A stretch of DNA of 64,000 bases, taken from contig CAWFOM010000010.1 of assembly GCA_963817385.1 (NCBI GenBank), forward strand, positions 64,001 to 128,000. Reading direction: 5' to 3'. Position numbers and translations under genes: made by a program. The notes below the pieces were generated by a model. It did not search any database and was not told the origin of the DNA. It was given only the letters and a program-made list of their open reading frames with translations. Source of the stretch: an uncultured delta proteobacterium. Lineage in GTDB: Bacteria; Desulfobacterota; Syntrophia; Syntrophales; UBA5619. This document shows, piece after piece, positions 57,964 to 64,000 of this stretch; position 1 is the stretch's first letter, and the number at the start of each line of letters is the position of its first letter.

Positions 57964-58479
57964 TACTACTATCTCAACGTTAATCGAATAGATTCGATTT
58001 TTTTTGAAATAGTCCTCCTGGTTTCTTTAGCTGAGATTTGAAAGTGTTTGATAAGCTGTTCTTTTTCGAAAAGTGTCACGCTCAAAATCTCTAGAATTGT
58101 GTAGAGACTTTGGTCAAAATTAAAAGTCTTCTTCACAATAGTCACGGGAACATAAACCGAGGTGGCGATCCAGATCTGAGTTTTAACTGTATTCTCAGTA
58201 GTGCCGCAAAAGCCTTGATCCTGAGATGCTGCGTGATCCATTGATACTTTTTAGTTGCTGTTGTACCGATCAATACATTTTCGGAACTCGTATGTGGGGA
58301 CAAAGTACATCAAATGGGCAAAGATCGTTTCCCGAAATTCATGCGCTGCCACCTCATTGATGAGGGAGACTGTCACATCCCAGAGATATTTTTTTGAATC
58401 GATAAATAATTTTTTGCATCAAATACGATATATTTTAAAAGTTAAGCCGTAATCAAAAATCAACATTGGGACAGCAGTG
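57964..58479 (-). mobile_element. Internally deleted, decayed IS4-family-like element
   Basis: Transposase N-terminal (..TIFAHL..VPTYEFRKCIDRY) and C-terminal (QHLRIKAF..TENTVKTQIWIA..SLYTILEILSVTLFEK) fragments are joined. Terminal inverted repeats match 14/20; flanking 9-bp direct repeats AAACCATAT/AAACCGTAC. Confidence 0.82.
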
Positions 58480-58488
58480 AAACCGTAC

Positions 58489-60030
58489 ATGAACATCTCT
58501 CTGAAGAATCTGATGATATCCGTAGTATCCAGCCTTCTTCTATTTCTCTCTTTCCCTAAGTATGGGAGCGGAATTTTTGCGTGGATAGCACTAATCCCCC
58601 TTTTTTTTTCCCTGAAGGATGCGGAACCGCAAGAGGGGTTCAGGATCGGCTTTCTGACGGGCTTGATTGCACATGTCGGTATCCTCTATTGGATTGCGTA
58701 TGTTGTTGTCCAATATGGATATCTTCCCATATATGTTGGCATATCAGCCATGTTACTCCTTGCCGCTTACCTAAGTCTATACACTGCGTGTTTTGCCATG
58801 GGGATCGTCTTTTTGCGGGGAAAGGGTGTCCCGCTTTTTTTGTCGGCGCCCCTTTTATGGACGATCCTCGAATATTTGCGCTCTCATCTCTTGACTGGAT
58901 TCCCCTGGGAAAATCTGGCCTATTCTCAGTATCGATACCGTGACATAATTCAAATATCCGACATAGTTGGTACTTATGGAATCTCATTTACGATTGTTCT
59001 GATCAATGCAGTTTTTTACGATCTGTTATCGGTTCGGTATCGAAAGAGGTTCCTCTTTACGGAGGCGGTTACCGCGTGTATCATGATCACGCTAATCTTC
59101 GCTTATGGTCAATTCCGTACGGGAGAAATCGCTGAGTTATTGAAGAAGGCTCCCCGTCTCGATGTTACACTCGTTCAAGGGAATATTGATCAAAATCTTA
59201 AATGGAATTCACTCTACCAGTTACAGACAATCGATATCTATCGATCCCTTTCCCTAAAGTCAGCGCATTCCGGGGGCGGCTTGATCGTCTGGCCTGAAAC
59301 TGCAGCACCGTTTTACTTTCAACAGCATGATCTGATGCATGAAGCGGTTGTTGATGTTTCCAAAACTTCAGGGTCTGCACTTCTTTTCGGAAGCCCGAGT
59401 TATGAAAGGGAAAAGGGAGCCGTCTCGTATATGAACAGTGCTTTCCTCCTCAAGCCGGATGGGACACTGATAGGACGTTATGATAAGGTGCATCTGGTTC
59501 CCTATGGAGAGTATGTGCCTTTGAGAAGGTATTTCCCTTTCATTGGCAAGCTCGTTGCTGGAGTTGGGGATTTCAGGTCCGGCAAGGGATTCTATCCTCT
59601 CTCAATCGATGGACATCGACTGGGTGTCTTAATTTGTTATGAAGGAATCTTTCCGGAAGCTGCGGCAGAATACAAAAGGAAAGGGGCCGAACTTCTTGTC
59701 AATATCACGAATGATGCTTGGTTCGGGCGAACGTCGGCGCCGATTCAGCATCTTTCCATGACCGTTTTCCGGGCGATTGAAAATCGTCTGTACCTCGTCA
59801 GGGCTGCCAATACCGGGATTAGTGCCATTATTGACCCAACGGGAGAGATTATCTCCCGCACCGGCCTCTATGAAAGAACGGTCTTGAAAGGCGATGTGAA
59901 AATCATTGACGTGAGGACCTGTTATGCTGCATATGGGGATCTGTTTGTATATGTTTGTGCTTTTGCCCTGCTGATCATATATATATTATCGACGCAAAGG
60001 AGAAAGAAACATGCTGGAAGGAATTCATGA
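58489..60030 (+). CDS. lnt: Apolipoprotein N-acyltransferase
   Basis: Multiple TM helices, GFPW, QGNIDQ, WPE, K.HLVPYGE, ICYE and NDAWFG. Confidence 0.95.
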   Translation: MNISLKNLMISVVSSLLLFLSFPKYGSGIFAWIALIPLFFSLKDAEPQEGFRIGFLTGLIAHVGILYWIAYVVVQYGYLPIYVGISAMLLLAAYLSLYTACFAMGIVFLRGKGVPLFLSAPLLWTILEYLRSHLLTGFPWENLAYSQYRYRDIIQISDIVGTYGISFTIVLINAVFYDLLSVRYRKRFLFTEAVTACIMITLIFAYGQFRTGEIAELLKKAPRLDVTLVQGNIDQNLKWNSLYQLQTIDIYRSLSLKSAHSGGGLIVWPETAAPFYFQQHDLMHEAVVDVSKTSGSALLFGSPSYEREKGAVSYMNSAFLLKPDGTLIGRYDKVHLVPYGEYVPLRRYFPFIGKLVAGVGDFRSGKGFYPLSIDGHRLGVLICYEGIFPEAAAEYKRKGAELLVNITNDAWFGRTSAPIQHLSMTVFRAIENRLYLVRAANTGISAIIDPTGEIISRTGLYERTVLKGDVKIIDVRTCYAAYGDLFVYVCAFALLIIYILSTQRRKKHAGRNS

Positions 60031-61100
60031 AAGACTGGCAGATCTAAGAAAGAGAATCAAACACCTGGGAGAATGTCTTTGACCTTCCTGAAAAGGAATT
60101 GCGTGTCCGGGAACTCGAAAAAGAATCTCAGCGTGAAGGTTTCTGGAATGATCCGGGTAAGGCAAGGGAGATTCTCCAGGAACAGAGCCGTTTGCAAGAG
60201 GCTATCGTTAGCTTGAAGAAGCTAAATAGCGACATTGATGATGTCGGCCTTCTTTATCAGATATCCTTGGAAGAGAAGGATGAAAAAACCCAGAAGGAGA
60301 TCGGCAGTGAACTGGATCGGATCGGCAACGTGGTCAGGGTTGATGAACTGAGGATGATGCTGGGATCCGAACAGGATTCCATGAATGCAATTATGTCGAT
60401 TCATGCGGGCGCAGGGGGCACGGAGGCGCAGGATTGGGCGGAAATGCTTCTCCGGATGTATCTGCGCTGGGCGGAAAGAAAAGGCTTTACCGCAACAATC
60501 ATCGATTATGTTCCAGGTGATGAAGCCGGTGTAAAAAGTGTGACCTGGACACTGAGGGGTGAATACGCCTACGGCTATGCAAAGGCCGAGATCGGTATCC
60601 ATCGACTGGTGCGGATCTCTCCTTTTGATGCCGGAGCCCGGCGTCATACATCCTTTGCCTCCGTATTTGTCTATCCCGAGGTGGATGACAAAATCATCGT
60701 CGAAATCGATGAGAAGGATCTCCGCATCGATACCTATCGCTCGACGGGTGCAGGGGGGCAGCATGTTAACAAGACTGACTCGGCGGTAAGGATAACCCAT
60801 ATGCCCACAGGAATTGTAGTTCAGTGCCAGAATGAACGTTCGCAGCATAAAAACAAGGCAATGGCGATGAAATATTTGCAATCTCGTCTCTATGAAATGA
60901 AACTCCGTGAACAGAATGAAAAACTTAAGGAGATCAATAAGACGAAGAAAGATATCGCCTGGGGGAGCCAGATCCGGTCTTATGTGCTGCATCCCTATAA
61001 AATGATAAAGGATCACAGAACGAATCTTGAGTCAGGCAATGTCAATAAGGTTCTGGACGGTGATATCGACGAGTTTATAGAAGCCTATTTGCTTCAGTAA
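60011..61100 (+). CDS. prfB: Peptide chain release factor 2 with a programmed +1 frameshift at CTT-TGA-C (60077-60083)
   Basis: A short ORF from ATG 60011 ends in CTT TGA C. The +1 frame encodes the SPF and GGQ motifs. Confidence 0.96.
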
Positions 61101-61262
61101 GATATTTGAAAACATTTTCCCGGTGCATTAATAGTTGGGGGCTGAGAAGAAGTATGTTATAGAAGTCCGGCGTTTGACGACCAATCAAACCTGCAGAAAA
61201 ATGGGATGCAATTGCAAACGGGCTTTTTCCCCAGTGCGTAATGACACAAGGAGTTTTAAAAT

Positions 61263-63368
61263 ATGTTCAGAATCAGGATCTGCATATCGCTGATTATCCT
61301 GTTGATAGGCTGTAGTGTCCGGCCGATTCCCCAATTGTCTGGGGTATCCAGCCAGGAGCTCGTCGGTAATACAGTACAAGCTCCAACGGTGCAAGTGGAT
61401 AATCCCCCATCACCAGAACAGTATACGCCTCCCAAAGCGGATCCATCTTTCGATACTACGACTGCACAGGATAGTAAGCGCGATTTATTAAACGCGCAAC
61501 AACCTCCTCCTACAACAGAGGAACCGTCACAAGAAAAAATCACTGCTGAACAGCAAAAAAGTGAATTGTCAAAGGTAGAACTGCATATTTCTTCTGTAAG
61601 TGAGCCTTCTCTGAAAAAGACACCAGCACCACCGATAAAAAGCGAGTTGTCCAAGACTTATCCGAAAGTGAGACAGTCAAAGCCACAAATTCATGAAGGC
61701 CGTAAGGAGTATCTGGATGAAGCGGAAAGGGATATCATGGAAGAAGCACTGGTGCTTTTGAACGAATCTCATAATTATTGGGTGCATGGCGACCTCGAAG
61801 ACGCCCTGGAGATGCTTGATCAAGCTTATGCCCTCCTGATCGATACAAACGGCAATCCGGATATGGCAAGGCAGAAGGATGATCTTCGGCTCATGATATC
61901 AAAGAGGATCCTCAGCATATACAATTCGCTCCAAGCGGTTGCGAATGGGAAGCGCAGTGAGATTCCACTCATCACCAATGCCGATGTCGAGAAAGAGATC
62001 CGTCAGTTTCAGACCGTGGAGCGCGAATTCTTCATTTCCTCCTATCAGCGGTCGGCAATGTATCGTCCGATCATTTTACAGGAGCTTAAGAAGGCTGGCT
62101 TGCCGGAAGAATTGGCATGGCTCCCGCTGGTGGAGAGCGGTTTTAAAATCAGTGCATTATCGAGCGCACGGGCTCTGGGGCTCTGGCAATTCATCCCCTC
62201 AACCGGTTACAAATATGGCCTGAATCGGGATGATTGGGTGGATGAACGAATGGATATCGAAAAATCCACTCGGGCGGCAATCGACTATCTCAAAGAATTG
62301 CACAATATGTTCGGAGACTGGCTGACGGTTCTCGCGGCGTACAACTGCGGAGAGGGCAGGGTGATCAGAACGATTGCATCGCAGCATATAAACTATCTCG
62401 ATAGGTTCTGGGACCTCTATCAGAAGCTTCCCTATGAAACGGCGCGCTACGTCCCGCGTTTTATTGCTACAGTGTTAGTTATCAGGGATCCTCAAAAATA
62501 TGGTATTGACCTTGGAACGCCGAAATCAGCCGCATTGTCCTATGAAATCGTTGAAATAAATAAATCTGTGCGTCTGCAGCATATAGCCCAGAAACTTGAG
62601 GTATCGGAAGAGACAATAAATATCCTCAATGCTGAACTCAGACATAGGATTACGCCCAACAAACCATATGTTCTGAAAGTTCCAACTGAGATGGGCGAAC
62701 GGCTTCTCAGAGTGATTGATGAAGTTCCGGAGGCAGAGATTCCTCGTACATATCTTATGGCTAGGAGGGCGGTCATAAGACACAAGGTACGGGGAGGAGA
62801 AACGCTTGCATCAATTGCGAGTAAATACAAGACCTCGGTTTCGCTAATCATTGACTATAATCATCTCTCCAAAAAGCACCGTTTGTCTGCAGGACAGAGG
62901 CTGAATATACCGATCAAAACCGCAAGTACGGCTGGCACTCCCGGAAAATCTAAGACGAAAAAAACGGATAATGTGCTGCGAATAAAGGTCCAAAAGGGCG
63001 ATACTCTTGCATCTCTTGCAAGGAAGTATGATACGTCTATCACTGATCTGAGAAAGTCAAATTCCCTGGAGAACGATTATCTGAAAATAGGGCAGATGCT
63101 TCAAATCGATGGGATAACTGAAGAAGGAAATAAGCGACAGAAAAAAACCGGCAGCGAGAAGAGCGCGGGAAACGAAAAAGCAAGGATGGCATCTACATCA
63201 GGAGAGCATAAAGAAGTAAGTAAAGTTAAAAAATACACCGTTAAAAAAGGTGATACTCTCAACAAAATCGCCCGAGAAAACAACATATCACTCGACAAAC
63301 TTCTCGAACAAAACAGCCTTGCACGAAAGGATAACATACAACCCGGCCAGGTAATCCAGATTCAATAA
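61263..63368 (+). CDS. Membrane-bound lytic murein transglycosylase D-like lipoprotein (SLT plus LysM repeats)
   Basis: Lipobox LIGC, VESGF, GLWQF, AAYNCGEG, ETARYVP and three LysM repeats. Confidence 0.9.
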   Translation: MFRIRICISLIILLIGCSVRPIPQLSGVSSQELVGNTVQAPTVQVDNPPSPEQYTPPKADPSFDTTTAQDSKRDLLNAQQPPPTTEEPSQEKITAEQQKSELSKVELHISSVSEPSLKKTPAPPIKSELSKTYPKVRQSKPQIHEGRKEYLDEAERDIMEEALVLLNESHNYWVHGDLEDALEMLDQAYALLIDTNGNPDMARQKDDLRLMISKRILSIYNSLQAVANGKRSEIPLITNADVEKEIRQFQTVEREFFISSYQRSAMYRPIILQELKKAGLPEELAWLPLVESGFKISALSSARALGLWQFIPSTGYKYGLNRDDWVDERMDIEKSTRAAIDYLKELHNMFGDWLTVLAAYNCGEGRVIRTIASQHINYLDRFWDLYQKLPYETARYVPRFIATVLVIRDPQKYGIDLGTPKSAALSYEIVEINKSVRLQHIAQKLEVSEETINILNAELRHRITPNKPYVLKVPTEMGERLLRVIDEVPEAEIPRTYLMARRAVIRHKVRGGETLASIASKYKTSVSLIIDYNHLSKKHRLSAGQRLNIPIKTASTAGTPGKSKTKKTDNVLRIKVQKGDTLASLARKYDTSITDLRKSNSLENDYLKIGQMLQIDGITEEGNKRQKKTGSEKSAGNEKARMASTSGEHKEVSKVKKYTVKKGDTLNKIARENNISLDKLLEQNSLARKDNIQPGQVIQIQ

Positions 63369-63382
63369 GACGGTTCTCTTTC

Positions 63383-63836
63383 TCAGTCAAGATGATAGTG
63401 CCTCAGGAGGAAAAAGAGCTCCCGCTCACGAGCATTCATCTCCCTTGATTTTTCGGCACTGGTGTTTTCGTGATTATATCCAAGTAAATGGAGAAGGCCG
63501 TGAATGAGGAGAAAGTCCAATTCATCCATAAGATCGATTTGGCCAGTTGAGGCATCACGGGATGCCGTTTCAACAGAAATGACGATATCCCCGAGGATCT
63601 TCGGATTAATATTTCCAAACTCACCCTCCGTCATAGCAAATGAAATTACATTGGTCGGGGTAGTTCCGATTGAGATAATCGTTGTTGAGCTTCCGAATCT
63701 GATTGTCATCGACAAGCAGGAGACCGATCTCCCCGTCGCCGCAATGCAGCTCCTTCAGAAGAGTTTTCAGGCTTCTCCTGACGCTGTTCAAATCAATATT
63801 GAAAAGCTTCTGTCGATTTTCTATTGAAACAGGCAT
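63383..63836 (-). CDS. ybeY: rRNA maturation RNase YbeY, split by a 1-nt frameshift near 63657-63660
   Basis: N-terminal half (..LNNDYLNRNYP) and C-terminal half (TNVISF..LGDIVIS..HGLLHLLGYNH) are in different frames across a 4-nt homopolymer run. Confidence 0.88.
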
Positions 63837-63884
63837 ATCGGGAAAGCTGTCGTCTTAAGTAAGAGCTGTTCAGGTTCCCCTGGA

Positions 63885-63998
63885 TCACTCTTTCACCGTT
63901 ATTTGACAGCCCCTCGCTCTCCTTTTCTGCTGTTTACGATTGTTGTAAGCTCGTATAACATCCTGAACAAGGGGATGTCTTACTACGTCAAGTTCCGA
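63885..63998 (-). CDS. 3' end of a PhoH-family ATPase (truncated by the window)
   Basis: Minus strand reads SELDVVRHPLVQDVIRAY..., the typical PhoH/YbeZ C-terminal motif, upstream of ybeY. Not in the ORF track. Confidence 0.8.
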   Translation of the reverse strand, partial: SELDVVRHPLVQDVIRAYNNRKQQKRRARGCQITVKE

Positions 63999-64000
63999 GA

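Overview
A 64-kb window of bacterial chromosome. The gene order and content resemble an anaerobic deltaproteobacterium (Syntrophales-like; this is inference). Bases 1-11 kb hold a type I secretion locus: a giant RTX Ca-binding repeat protein, open from the window edge and carrying a phospholipase A2-like His-Asp motif in the N-terminal part the ORF track missed, followed by TolC, HlyB and HlyD family genes. Bases 11-16 kb hold an OmpR-family two-component pair divergent from a B12-binding radical SAM gene, plus a Cys-tailed hypothetical protein and a dCMP deaminase. The rest is mostly housekeeping: miaB (frameshifted)-DUF151-xerC-hslVU-argBDFGH-lipoprotein-lysA-dapAB-folK-pgsA, tRNA-Gly/Cys, pepA-oppDF, csp, miaA plus a glycosyltransferase, a PPIase, panG, tilS-ftsH-folP-tsaE-lysC, tRNA-Pro/Leu-tig-clpPX-lon-tRNA-Val/Asp, lnt-prfB (programmed +1 frameshift)-mltD, ybeY (frameshifted) and the 3' end of phoH. 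Notable non-coding features are a pan-type leader with hairpin/antiterminator/terminator logic upstream of panG, a terminator in the csp leader, a multi-hairpin tilS leader, and an internally deleted IS4-like element whose decayed inverted repeats and target duplication abut the lnt start codon. All calls come from reading the sequence; no searches were run.
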